This document shows positions 1-9,636 of a DNA stretch of 64,000 nt, in pieces. The DNA lies in contig JBLIAG010000003.1 of the NCBI GenBank assembly GCA_047634375.1, positions 10,262-74,261 on the forward strand. The letters run 5' to 3'. The notes beneath the pieces were generated by a model. That model did not search any database and was not told where the DNA came from. It saw only the letters and a list, made by a program, of their open reading frames with translations. Made by a program: the position numbers and the translations under genes. This stretch comes from Bacteriovoracaceae bacterium. Its GTDB lineage: Bacteria; Bdellovibrionota; Bacteriovoracia; Bacteriovoracales; Bacteriovoracaceae. How positions within the stretch are numbered: position 1 is the stretch's first letter; each line of letters starts with the position of its first letter.

Positions 1-51
1 ACCGCTGCAATTGTACTCTCGACTATAGCTAATTTTACGAGAAATAATTGC

Positions 52-930
52 ATGGTATCGAACCTTGATGATTTAAGCTTAAAAGAACTCGAAACCATTG
101 GGCTTGATAACAGTATTAGTTCTGGTTGGAAGCCAATAGTTTTTGAGCTTATAGCATCGGAATACTTGATGCGTGGGGAACTGAAGAAATCTTTAAGTTG
201 GCTTAATCAGTATCAGAAAATAGATCCGCAGAATAGGATTTTTGTTGGACTGCAGGCGTTTGTTTTATACAAGATGAATAAAATAAGAGAGTCCAAGAAA
301 ATTCTTGCAAAGTTTCTTTCAAAAAGAGATGACTCTAGTCTTTACAATAATCTAGGTGTCTTGGAACTTAAAACAGGTAATTTGAAAACTGCATTCGCCC
401 ATTTTGAAAAGTCGACAGCTCTGGCAGAAAAAAACAAAGATTATAAATTAATTTTAAAAAACTTACAGGGAAAAGGAATTATCCTCCTCTCTGTAGGAAA
501 GTTTGAGGAGGTGTCTAATCTTGTGAAGGAGTCCGAGAAGTATACGGAAAAGTTTGAAAAAGAGGCTGTAGGGGTAAGGTCTATTTTAGCTTTTGCAAGT
601 AGAGAGTATGATATGGTGGCTAAGGATCTAGTCGAACTTAAGAAAAAGCCTGAAAGATTAAATTATGAACAAAATCAATTACTTTGTTATTCGTATATCG
701 GATTGAAGGACTTAGGTAGGGCAAGAACTGCATGTGGGGACTTTCCCAAAATGATAATTAAGATTGATGCTGCAATAAAAAATGGAGAAGATATTTATAT
801 TAGTCATTGCCCATACAGCTTAGATAATATTAAGTTTGAGTATTCCAAGGTAGATAAGATAGAGAGTGAATGTAAGGTTCTGACGTTAAAAGATTATGAA
901 TTAAGTAAGCGGGTCAAGGTTTTAAGGTAG
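52..930 (+). CDS. TPR-like repeat protein (hypothetical); reading frame is open to the window edge so the true start may lie upstream
   Basis: 292-aa ORF; helical repeat-like composition with recurring L/A/K/Y spacing typical of TPR-like proteins; no stop in frame between position 1 and the first ATG at 52. Confidence 0.45.
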   Translation: MVSNLDDLSLKELETIGLDNSISSGWKPIVFELIASEYLMRGELKKSLSWLNQYQKIDPQNRIFVGLQAFVLYKMNKIRESKKILAKFLSKRDDSSLYNNLGVLELKTGNLKTAFAHFEKSTALAEKNKDYKLILKNLQGKGIILLSVGKFEEVSNLVKESEKYTEKFEKEAVGVRSILAFASREYDMVAKDLVELKKKPERLNYEQNQLLCYSYIGLKDLGRARTACGDFPKMIIKIDAAIKNGEDIYISHCPYSLDNIKFEYSKVDKIESECKVLTLKDYELSKRVKVLR

Positions 931-1068
931 AGCTGTCTCAAAATGGTAGGTCTTAGCCGAGTATATTTTGACCATGTTGAGGATCAAAATTGGTTATATT
1001 CTATATTCTTTCTAATATTTTATTGGATTATTCCGAATAGGATATATATATAAAATTTAGGAGTTCTT

Positions 1069-1776
1069 GTGAAAAAGATATTAATAATAGTCGTGAATAT
1101 TTCAATGGTTAGTTGTGCTTCATTGTTCAATGATAAGAATCAATCAGTTAGAGTTTATGGTGGTGTGAAAAATGGTACTACTGTCATCTCTTCTCCTGAA
1201 GGGCAATTTGAACTTGAGGGAAGTCAAGGCTACGTTACTTTGGCAAGAAAAAGAAAAGATATCCCAATGACTCTAGTTTGTGAGGAAGGTACCAAAAAGT
1301 CTTTTTTAGCGACTACTAAGTTTGATTGGGGGACAGGATGGATGGATATCTTTTTTTGGCCAACCTTCGCAGAAGCATTTATGTCAGAGAGTGCTTATAA
1401 TATTAAAGATATAGATATATCTGGAGTATGCTTAGAGCTACCAAAATTTATACATAAAGATTTTGAGAAAAGAAAAGGTGTGTTGAGCTTTCTGAATCAG
1501 GGCGTTAAGTCTGATATTGAGGCTAGGAAAACATATGGTAATAATATGATGAAGGACTTCTGCAAAGGTCAATTTGAAGTACTTGCTGAAAGCAATAAAG
1601 ATCAATACACTGGCACAATTAGTAGCTTGAATCTTACAAAGAGCTCCAATACTCATGGCAATGTAAATAGTAAATTAAATATTTATTCTTCGAATACTTC
1701 ATCAAGTGTATCTGGTTGGGGATCATCATCAGCTATTTATAAAAATGATTTATACATTTTCTTTAAATGTAAATAA
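1069..1776 (+). CDS. hypothetical secreted protein/lipoprotein (GTG start)
   Basis: 235-aa ORF; hydrophobic N-terminus MKKILIIVVNISMVSCASLF with Cys in a lipobox-like position; Ser/Asn-rich C-terminus. Confidence 0.5.
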   Translation: MKKILIIVVNISMVSCASLFNDKNQSVRVYGGVKNGTTVISSPEGQFELEGSQGYVTLARKRKDIPMTLVCEEGTKKSFLATTKFDWGTGWMDIFFWPTFAEAFMSESAYNIKDIDISGVCLELPKFIHKDFEKRKGVLSFLNQGVKSDIEARKTYGNNMMKDFCKGQFEVLAESNKDQYTGTISSLNLTKSSNTHGNVNSKLNIYSSNTSSSVSGWGSSSAIYKNDLYIFFKCK

Positions 1777-1797
1777 TGTAATTTTCTCTTTTCTGTT

Positions 1798-1830
1798 AAG
1801 TAGCTATATTTCCTTAAAATAGCTACTTTT
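1798..1830 (+). terminator. putative intrinsic terminator after CDS 1069-1776
   Basis: perfect 10-bp inverted repeat AAGTAGCTAT / ATAGCTACTT (1798-1807 and 1819-1828) with 11-nt loop followed by TTT. Confidence 0.35.
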
Positions 1831-1984
1831 CCCTACTTTAGAGAACTAAAAAAGTAGGTCAGTCAGCAGTCAGCCAAAAATCAGACAGGTGAATGAAATA
1901 ATATGAAACAAATTGAAAAGTATAAAACTTCTGACTAGAAAAACGAACATGACTTTGTTGTAAGTGATTTAAAGTGCTTGAAAC

Positions 1985-2017
1985 AAAAAAGCCTCATGGA
2001 TTAGATGAGGCTTTTTT
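1985..2017. terminator. bidirectional rho-independent terminator flanking the 3' end of tRNA-Asp
   Basis: A6 - GCCTCAT (1991-1997) - 7-nt loop - ATGAGGC (2005-2011) - T6; symmetric A/T runs allow termination in both directions. Confidence 0.5.
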
Positions 2018-2031
2018 AAGTATACGAAAAA

Positions 2032-2108
2032 TGGCGGGAGCGAAGGGACTCGAACCCTCGGCCTTCTGCGTGACAGGCAGACGTTATAACCAACTTAACT
2101 ACGCCCCC
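2032..2108 (-). tRNA. tRNA-Asp (anticodon GTC)
   Basis: reverse complement folds as a cloverleaf: acceptor GGGGGCG/CGCTCCC, D-stem GTTA/TAAC, anticodon stem TCTGC/GCAGA with loop CTGTCAC (GTC), T-loop GTTCGAGT, discriminator G, encoded CCA. Confidence 0.85.
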
Positions 2109-2239
2109 GTTTTTTTTCGTATAGTGAATATAATTTTTCAGACGTTTATCGTCAACAGTTTTTTAACGATTTTCTTCATTTTTCTAAAAAATATGACCAT
2201 TCAGCTTCAGTATGCTAATCTAACTGCACTGGAGGCATT

Positions 2240-3304
2240 ATGGAGTACATGAAAGTACTTTGGGCATATTTACTAGTTTCATCACCATACTTATTATTTG
2301 GACTATTATTTTCAGGCCTTATTCATAAATTTGTACCTATGAGTAAAGTTAAAAAATGGCTTGGGAGAGATAGTTTTTCTTCAGTACTAAAAGCTTCTCT
2401 TGTGGGAGTACCATTGCCTTTATGCTCATGCTCAGTAATACCGACCGCAGTTACTTTGAAGAAAGCTGGTGCCTCAAACGGTGCAACTTCAGCCTTTTTA
2501 ATTTCAACACCAGAGTCAGGTGTTGATTCCATATCTATAACTTATGCATTAATTGATCTTCCGATGACGTTGATTAGACCTCTTGCAGCATTTTGTTCAG
2601 CTTTTTTTGCTGGTGCACTGCAGTTTATGTTTAATGACTTCGAATATAAGGAAGAAATAAATCAGGAAGCACCTGCTAAGTCTTCGTGTTGTTCAAAAAA
2701 GAAAGAAACTCCAAAAGAAACTCCTGTTGAATTATTTAAAGGCGTATTTAAATACGGTTATGGGAAACTGATTAATGATATTTCAGTTTGGTTAACAATA
2801 GGGATTCTACTTGGTGCCCTTATTGAATTTGTCGTACCTGATAACTTCTTTACTTCGATGGGGATGATTGAAAATAGAATTATGATTCTTCTTATCGGTG
2901 TACCTCTTTATATATGTGCTTCGGCATCAACACCCATAGCAGTGTCATTAATGTTGAAAGGTTTATCACCTGGATCAGCATTACTACTTCTTCTTGTAGG
3001 GCCTGCGACAAATATTTCAAATATTGCCGTTCTTCAAAAATACATTGGTAAAAAGGGAGTTGCTTTAAACGTCTTTTCAATTGTATTTGTGGCATTGATC
3101 TTCTCTTTTATTACAGACTATATGTATGCGCATTTCTTTAAGCTACAGCTAAGTGAGATGCTTCAGCATCATGATCACGGTGGAGCTTGGTGGGAAGTTA
3201 TTTCAGCAATAATTCTTGTCATCCTACTTTCTAAAGGGATCTATAAAGAAGAGATTAAGCCAAGGCTTAAAGGTAATAAGCCTTCCGCCTGTGGCAGTAA
3301 GTAA
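2240..3304 (+). CDS. polytopic permease, DUF318/ArsP-like family (CSCS motif)
   Basis: 354-aa ORF with multiple hydrophobic helices; PLPLCSCSVIP motif resembling the TPFCSCS signature of DUF318/ArsP-type permeases; Cys-rich hydrophilic loop. Confidence 0.55.
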   Translation: MEYMKVLWAYLLVSSPYLLFGLLFSGLIHKFVPMSKVKKWLGRDSFSSVLKASLVGVPLPLCSCSVIPTAVTLKKAGASNGATSAFLISTPESGVDSISITYALIDLPMTLIRPLAAFCSAFFAGALQFMFNDFEYKEEINQEAPAKSSCCSKKKETPKETPVELFKGVFKYGYGKLINDISVWLTIGILLGALIEFVVPDNFFTSMGMIENRIMILLIGVPLYICASASTPIAVSLMLKGLSPGSALLLLLVGPATNISNIAVLQKYIGKKGVALNVFSIVFVALIFSFITDYMYAHFFKLQLSEMLQHHDHGGAWWEVISAIILVILLSKGIYKEEIKPRLKGNKPSACGSK

Positions 3305-3364
3305 ATTCTTCAAAAATTATAGATAAAGCTTTAAAATTTCATTCAAAATGGTAATTCTGAAGTC

Positions 3365-4229
3365 ATGAAAATCTTTTGTACGCTATTCGTATTTTTAACT
3401 TCATTTTCAGGACATTCCACAGTCTTTAACGATGATGATCGACTTGATTATCATGAAATGCCTAAAGAAATACAGGCCGTAGCTCAGGCGAGTGTTAGCT
3501 TGATTCCAAAGTATAAACTTAAAAAAATAGGTAATAAATATCTTGTGGCCTATGATTCAATTGAAAAGGTTCTAGGATTTTGTCCCGATGCTAATTTTGC
3601 AAAACAACCTCAAGGTGCAAACTGTAGTGGCGCTCTAATTAAGGGAAACTCTATCTTAACAGCAGCTCATTGTATCTCTCACGAAATGGATGGATACAAT
3701 AAGGTCGATTTCTACGCTGTTTTCAACTATAAAAAATATCACAAGGACCAAAAGGATTATTATATTCCAGAGTCTGATGTTTATACTCTCGATAAAGAAA
3801 TTTATCATGATCTTTGATCAGACGTTTTATAAAAGCTCACTAGACATGGCGATATATAAGCTAGACCGTAAAGTGAGTTATAAGCCTGCAGAGTTGGAGT
3901 TTAAGTCACCTAAGGTAGGAGATAGAGTATATGTCTTAGGTTATCCTTTAGGGCTGCCATTAAAGCTTTCTGATGATTCATTAGTTACGCACTCTAGAGT
4001 TTTAAAAAATAGTTTTAGACACGAGTTAGATACTTTTTCTGTGAACTCTGGTTCTCCCATTTTTAATTCAAATAATAAAATCGTCGGTGTTCATGTCCGT
4101 GGTACGGGCGTAAATTATAAGAAGTTTGGAAAAGAATGCAATGACTGGGGCCAGGGCGAAAGTGGTAAGGACTTTGGTGAGGCAAATGAGATTCTTGCCC
4201 TTAAAAAAATTTATCAAAATTTAAAGTAG
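3365..4229 (+). pseudogene. trypsin-like serine peptidase (S1B, glutamyl-endopeptidase-like) split by a frameshift near 3800-3830
   Basis: ORF 3365-3817 carries a signal peptide and the His motif (NSILTAAHC). Overlapping ORF 3690-4229 in another frame carries the Asp motif (DMAIYKL) and the Ser motif (VNSGSPIF). Together they reconstruct one S1B catalytic triad. Confidence 0.5.
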
Positions 4230-4248
4230 ATAAAAATCTAGTGACCTA

Positions 4249-5181
4249 TTAGTGTAAAAACTTCGGATAAGTAAAAAGAACCAAATGACATTGATTAAGT
4301 AAAAAATGTACTAATATTGAGTTTTCGACTTTTCTTGTTTTATAAAAAATATATCCATAGAACAATCCGGCCATCGTCGATAATATGACATAGACCAAAC
4401 CACCCTTAAAGTGTGCCAATCCAAAAAGGACCGCTGCAATTACTAAGGCGATTTTCCTGCCTTGATATCTCTCTGAAAGTCTCCCATCAAGAGAATTTTG
4501 AATGACTCCTCTGAATAACATTTCTTCTGCAACACAAACGAAAATTAAGTTATTAAAAGACCAGACGATCATCTCGATACTAAGTTTGGGGTCCCAGCGG
4601 ATATGGCCTAGGAGAATACCAGGTCCAAGAAGTACGATAATCGTTATTAATGTCGTGATAAGGATTAACCTAATGTTAACCAAGTCTTTTAGGGAGCCTT
4701 TTGGGTTAAAGAAGTAGAGAAGGATAAGACCAATGAAAGTTTTATCAAAATTTATATATAAATTAAAAGGAACTGAAGAGGATGAAAATTGGTGTTCATT
4801 TAAAATAAGTGGATTGGTAAAGCCAGGAATAAGGTGGAGATAGAAAGTAAAAGTCGCCACTATGATTAAAAAGAAAAAGGTATTTTTTAATATAGGAAGG
4901 GTCGATCTTTTATGGGTGTAACAAAGAGCAATAAAGCTAAAAATTGAAATGACAGCATAATGGTTTATATGTTCGAAGTAGTAAGCCGTAGTAATGCTAG
5001 CAATACCCAATAAGTGAGTATATTGCTTGGACTTATGCCAGTGGGATACGATGGCCAATGCCAAAAATATAAAAGGGATAAATTCAATCATATAAAAATT
5101 GTAACAGAAGCTTGTAATGATGTATAATTGAGTTATGGCAATACAACTAGCATTGGCACGATTATTGGCGATACTCGTCAT
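4249..5181 (-). CDS. CPBP-family (CAAX/Abi) intramembrane metalloprotease
   Basis: 310-aa polytopic protein with EExxxR (VAEEMLFRGV), FxxxH (FGLAHF) and HxxxN (HFLLNQ) motifs; start ambiguous (alternative ATG at 5091). Confidence 0.6.
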   Translation of the reverse strand: MTSIANNRANASCIAITQLYIITSFCYNFYMIEFIPFIFLALAIVSHWHKSKQYTHLLGIASITTAYYFEHINHYAVISIFSFIALCYTHKRSTLPILKNTFFFLIIVATFTFYLHLIPGFTNPLILNEHQFSSSSVPFNLYINFDKTFIGLILLYFFNPKGSLKDLVNIRLILITTLITIIVLLGPGILLGHIRWDPKLSIEMIVWSFNNLIFVCVAEEMLFRGVIQNSLDGRLSERYQGRKIALVIAAVLFGLAHFKGGLVYVILSTMAGLFYGYIFYKTRKVENSILVHFLLNQCHLVLFTYPKFLH

Positions 5182-5959
5182 TAGTGCTTTCTTTTTTATT
5201 GGTGGAAAGCAGGTTGCATTTGATTTCTATTCACCTTTTTTGATGGCTCATTATCTCATGGCCGTAATATTTTTAGCTAATATTAAAAAAGTTACATCTA
5301 GAGGCAATAGATATATTGCTTCTTTGGTACTTTTGGCCATTACTGCTGCGGTTATTACTAATCTCCAATTTATTCATATCCTTGTATACTTTGGCATTCA
5401 TTCTATTTTAACTGATATATATATGCCTAGGTATTTGGGAATGAAGCAGACTGTTGGGGAGATAATAGCGAGGGTTCCATTTACAGCTCTTTCTTATTTC
5501 TTTTTTATTCGTGAACTTCCAATCGTAAAAGATATTCTACCAGCGGAAACACATTTCTACTTAACTGGTATGAGTTTCATAATAATGACTTTCTATTTTA
5601 TCTGGAAAAAGAAAGAATTCCCATGGTATGAAATACCATTTCTAATCGCTGTTATGGGATCCTTTTATTTTGATTTTGTCTTTGAGCCGTATAGTGTGAT
5701 CTTTTATCATATTATCCTTTGGTTATTTCTCCCTATATTAAAATTGAGATGGAAAGCATCTAAAATGGTTGGACTCCACTTTCTCCTCTATGGAATTTTT
5801 GTGGCCTTTCCATTTCCTGATAATTTTCTAATTAACCCGCAAAACTGCTGGGGAGATCATTGTATTGGGTTTATCGCATATTTTCACATAACAGTTTCTT
5901 TTGGAACTTCCAGCTTAAATCCAATCTTTTTGCAAAGGGCGCTGGGATTTATTAAATAA
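5135..5959 (+). CDS. hypothetical polytopic membrane protein
   Basis: 274-aa ORF, strongly hydrophobic with several predicted TM segments; overlaps the divergent CPBP gene by 47 nt at the annotated starts, so one start is probably downstream (e.g. Met at 5243). Confidence 0.4.
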   Translation: MAIQLALARLLAILVISAFFFIGGKQVAFDFYSPFLMAHYLMAVIFLANIKKVTSRGNRYIASLVLLAITAAVITNLQFIHILVYFGIHSILTDIYMPRYLGMKQTVGEIIARVPFTALSYFFFIRELPIVKDILPAETHFYLTGMSFIIMTFYFIWKKKEFPWYEIPFLIAVMGSFYFDFVFEPYSVIFYHIILWLFLPILKLRWKASKMVGLHFLLYGIFVAFPFPDNFLINPQNCWGDHCIGFIAYFHITVSFGTSSLNPIFLQRALGFIK

Positions 5960-6206
5960 ATTTCCTTGGTGGCAAAGTGAACTCTAAAATAATTACATTG
6001 TAAGAAGCAAGAAAGTGAACACTAAATGTTCCAATCTTTCTTTCCTTGTAATCACCTAATCCGTTGAATTTAATCATCTTTTATTGGCCTGTAGAGATGG
6101 TGCAAAATAGGTGTTCACTTTTATGCTAATAGTAAGCTTTTATAGTATTTTCATATTGTTATCCATTAGATACATAGTCTGTGAAACCAAATTAAGGATC
6201 AGACAG

Positions 6207-7619
6207 ATGTTCAAACTTATTAGCTTAATCGCAATTCTTACTCCTCTCGCAGGACTCGCCCAAACAATTACACAAGATAATATTACACAAGGAACTGCAG
6301 TCGCTGATCCAAGTAAATATCCATTCGGTGAATTTGTAATAGATCGAATCATTTATGAGGAGCGTGCTTATAGTACTGCTCAGAAGACTGAGTTAGGAGA
6401 TAGTGTCGAGCTAGAAATGGGAATACGTTATCAAAAAGATGAGAACTCATTCGCAAGGTTTAGATTTGAGACAGATCCAGCTGAAAATAGAAAAGATAAT
6501 GAAACATCAAATTTTGAAATTATTTACAATAGAAAATTTAAAGATTTTATATTCCAAGTAGACCTTGGGTTGGAAACAGATGATTCAAGTAATGGTGGAA
6601 CGAATCTTGGAATGGATTTAGACAGTGATGATACATTTATCTCATATAAGTCTTCTGAGAAATCAGAAGTTACTTTTTACCCATTTAACTTTAGAACAGA
6701 TGTGGGATATGAGTTTAATACTAAAGATGTAACAAGAATCTCTTATATAGAGGGCTCTCCAACAACTATTTTATCGACTCCAGCAAATGACGAAGAGTTC
6801 GTAACAAAAACAATTCCTGGAATTGAAATGAAGTATAAGCTAACTGATAGTTATGTTTATGCAGGTGTTGGGATCGCTTCTTATTTATACCCAACAAACT
6901 CAGATTTTGATATTGAAACGAACCCAAGTGCAACTTCATGGGAAAGAAAAGAAGCTTCAGCTTTCAAATTTGGATATGTTCTAGATAAAAAGGATGACAT
7001 CAGAGTTAGCTTACAATTTGCTCAACATGGAAACACTGAAGAGACGGGGGCCTTGCTAAATAGTGCGGTATCGTTTAGTTATTTCCAAGTTAATCAAGCT
7101 CTATTGTTTTCTTTGGAAGTTACTCAAACAACTGCAGGAAAAAAGCCATATAATTTAAGTCGTTCAACTAATTGGATTGAAGATATTGCATTAAATAAGC
7201 CAGTATATAGCGACATCAACGGTGATGAACAAGATTGGGTTGGAGAGTCTGACACAGCTTACGGTATTAAACTTGGATATAATTTAGAGACAACAACTCC
7301 ATATATTTCTTATAAGTATCAAGGTGAACACTTCATTTTTAATGATATTGAATCAGCACATTTATTAAGGACTGATGATGAGTCTAAAGGACATGGAGGA
7401 TTAACTCGTGTGGCCCTTGGAAGTTTTTTTTACTACGACAACTTATACTTTAATCCACAATTAGAGTGGCAACAGGCCAAAAATCCAGTTTTCTCAAATA
7501 GTACAGACGTATCAAACGATAGACTCCAATCAAGTTTCAAAAAAGAAAATGTAATCTTATCTTTAAAAGTTACTTTTGCTTATGATGGGGCAAATCTTAA
7601 TCAGAACTGGTGGTTCTAA
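6207..7619 (+). CDS. putative outer-membrane beta-barrel protein (hypothetical)
   Basis: signal peptide MFKLISLIAILTPLAGLAQ at the internal Met of ORF 6111-7619; alternating beta-strand-like composition; C-terminal aromatic residue (…NQNWWF) typical of OM beta-barrels. Confidence 0.45.
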   Translation: MFKLISLIAILTPLAGLAQTITQDNITQGTAVADPSKYPFGEFVIDRIIYEERAYSTAQKTELGDSVELEMGIRYQKDENSFARFRFETDPAENRKDNETSNFEIIYNRKFKDFIFQVDLGLETDDSSNGGTNLGMDLDSDDTFISYKSSEKSEVTFYPFNFRTDVGYEFNTKDVTRISYIEGSPTTILSTPANDEEFVTKTIPGIEMKYKLTDSYVYAGVGIASYLYPTNSDFDIETNPSATSWERKEASAFKFGYVLDKKDDIRVSLQFAQHGNTEETGALLNSAVSFSYFQVNQALLFSLEVTQTTAGKKPYNLSRSTNWIEDIALNKPVYSDINGDEQDWVGESDTAYGIKLGYNLETTTPYISYKYQGEHFIFNDIESAHLLRTDDESKGHGGLTRVALGSFFYYDNLYFNPQLEWQQAKNPVFSNSTDVSNDRLQSSFKKENVILSLKVTFAYDGANLNQNWWF

Positions 7620-7628
7620 GGATAACTT

Positions 7629-9635
7629 ATGAAGTTTAAACAAATAATTCTATCTTTTTTGTTTTCATTACTACTTGCTTGTAGTGGTGCTAATCAAGAA
7701 ACTAAGAATGATAGTCCTCTAGATAAAGATCAAAATAACGCTATCAAGTCAGTTGTAGTTCAAACGGATAAACTCCTTGATGATATGAGGGCCAGAAGAG
7801 TTTTTAGCTCGAACACAAGAAGGGAACAACAAATCCTACAACAAAGTATGACAATTATTAAAAACTCATTAGTGAAAATAATTGCTGGAAATGATACTAT
7901 TGGTTCTTTTAAAACTCTTTATACATATGTAAAGAAACTAGAAAGTATAAGTCTTATACAAACAGACTCAACTCTAATTAATTCTTATAAAGAAGATCTT
8001 TATTCAATTACTCATAAGATTGCAAAAGCATTAAGTATAAATGTCGATGACTTTTCTTGGATTCTTTATGAAACAAGGTTTAGTAACTTACTACCTTTTA
8101 CAACAACTTCTACTGCTGGGGATTGGATTAATGATTGGTCTCTAGGGGCAAGTCATGCGAAAGTTCGTGGATATGGAAATAAAGCTTGGCTCGTTTCTCC
8201 ACTGATAAACTTAAATAATGTGGAAAAGGCTGCTTTTAAAATCCATCATATGATTATGGTTGATGATGATTCAAGAAGCCGTATTGCGTTTGATAGAAAC
8301 AAAATCATTCAAAATACTTATAAAGCAATGGTTTCAACTGATTATATATCCGGTCATCCAGATGAGGCAACTTGGGAAGAAGTTAAGCTTTCAGGTTTTC
8401 CGACAGCTGTTAATTTTCACGCTAAGTGGTCTGATGAAATCGATATCTCAAAATTTAAAGGTGAGAATGTATCTATTGCTCTTCTTTATGACATGAATGA
8501 TAAGGAATTAGGTACACATAGAGTTTCTTGGCAAATTAATCAATTTCAAGTTTATGGAATCTCAGATGACTTTGAAGTAACTGATAGACCAGTAAAGAAG
8601 TATTTATACCAAGACGGATTTAATAAGAAGAACCTAGGTCAGAATAAATCCGTTGCTACTGGAGAAAATGTTCAGTGGACTGATTATGGTAGAGGCGGTG
8701 AAACAGAATTTGCAAAATTAGAGGCTTCTGTTCCAGGAATTGATACTTGGCTAATGACACCAAAACTAAGTTTAAAAGGTGAAGCACCAATCTTAAAATT
8801 AAAAGAAGTCGCTAGAAATCTAGATAGACCAAATTTCCTAGTCAAAATTTCAGCAGACTATAATGGTGGTGATCCAACAAAATCAACTTGGAAAACTTTT
8901 GAGCATATTCCAGCTGATTACTCTGCAGAAGAGGGGGCTTGGAAAAACTTTAACTCTCTTGATATGGATATTTCTGAATTCTTAGGAAAAGACATAGTCA
9001 TTGCTTTTCAATATAAAAATATTGAAGGTCTTCATACTGCTTGGGAAATTGACGAAGTATTAATCGAAGGAGATGGAGAGGAAGTTAAGACTACTGAACT
9101 ATCTATTACTTATACAAATGAAAATGAAGTTCCCGATATAGAAGGCGTTGACACAATATATAGTTACAATTTCACGAAAGGCCTTGATTCTTTAGAAATT
9201 AAAAAGAGTGCTGAAACAAGCGCTGATTTTAACTTCACTGAGAGAAACGGTGAAGGGTATATTGAAATCGCTGGTTTTAAGACTAAGAGTGAAGGTTCAA
9301 CTCAATTGATTTCAGAAACGATTCAGTTAAATAGTGACGATAGCTACCTAAAGGTAAAACAGGCAGTTAATCACTATAAACCTGCTGGGCAAAAGTTAAA
9401 CCTTATTAAAATCTTGGTCGCTAAGTTGGACGATCTATCAAACACTATAGAAGTACAATTTGAAAAGAAACCACTTGGTTCTGCTTGGGATAAAGTCGAA
9501 TCTGAATGGGTTTTATTACCAAAAGAACTTAAAGAATCTCAAATAAAAGTTATTTTTCAATATGAGGGAGTTAAGGAAGAAAATCTTTACCCGAGCTGGA
9601 ATCTATTTGAATTCAAAATAGGGGAAAAGAAGTAA
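7629..9635 (+). CDS. large hypothetical lipoprotein
   Basis: 668-aa ORF; lipobox LLLACSG after hydrophobic N-terminus; RBS AAGGA upstream; no recognisable catalytic motif. Confidence 0.5.
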   Translation: MKFKQIILSFLFSLLLACSGANQETKNDSPLDKDQNNAIKSVVVQTDKLLDDMRARRVFSSNTRREQQILQQSMTIIKNSLVKIIAGNDTIGSFKTLYTYVKKLESISLIQTDSTLINSYKEDLYSITHKIAKALSINVDDFSWILYETRFSNLLPFTTTSTAGDWINDWSLGASHAKVRGYGNKAWLVSPLINLNNVEKAAFKIHHMIMVDDDSRSRIAFDRNKIIQNTYKAMVSTDYISGHPDEATWEEVKLSGFPTAVNFHAKWSDEIDISKFKGENVSIALLYDMNDKELGTHRVSWQINQFQVYGISDDFEVTDRPVKKYLYQDGFNKKNLGQNKSVATGENVQWTDYGRGGETEFAKLEASVPGIDTWLMTPKLSLKGEAPILKLKEVARNLDRPNFLVKISADYNGGDPTKSTWKTFEHIPADYSAEEGAWKNFNSLDMDISEFLGKDIVIAFQYKNIEGLHTAWEIDEVLIEGDGEEVKTTELSITYTNENEVPDIEGVDTIYSYNFTKGLDSLEIKKSAETSADFNFTERNGEGYIEIAGFKTKSEGSTQLISETIQLNSDDSYLKVKQAVNHYKPAGQKLNLIKILVAKLDDLSNTIEVQFEKKPLGSAWDKVESEWVLLPKELKESQIKVIFQYEGVKEENLYPSWNLFEFKIGEKK

Positions 9636-9636
9636 T

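Noticed and set aside
1438-1656. small antisense ORFs nested in larger CDS (1438-1656, 2323-2532, 2892-3095, 6140-6352, 10920-11129 and others)
   Set aside because: Each lies fully within a longer ORF of the opposite strand that has recognisable motifs; no independent support.
1974-2252. 92-aa ORF on + strand
   Set aside because: Overlaps the tRNA-Asp gene and its terminator; almost certainly spurious.
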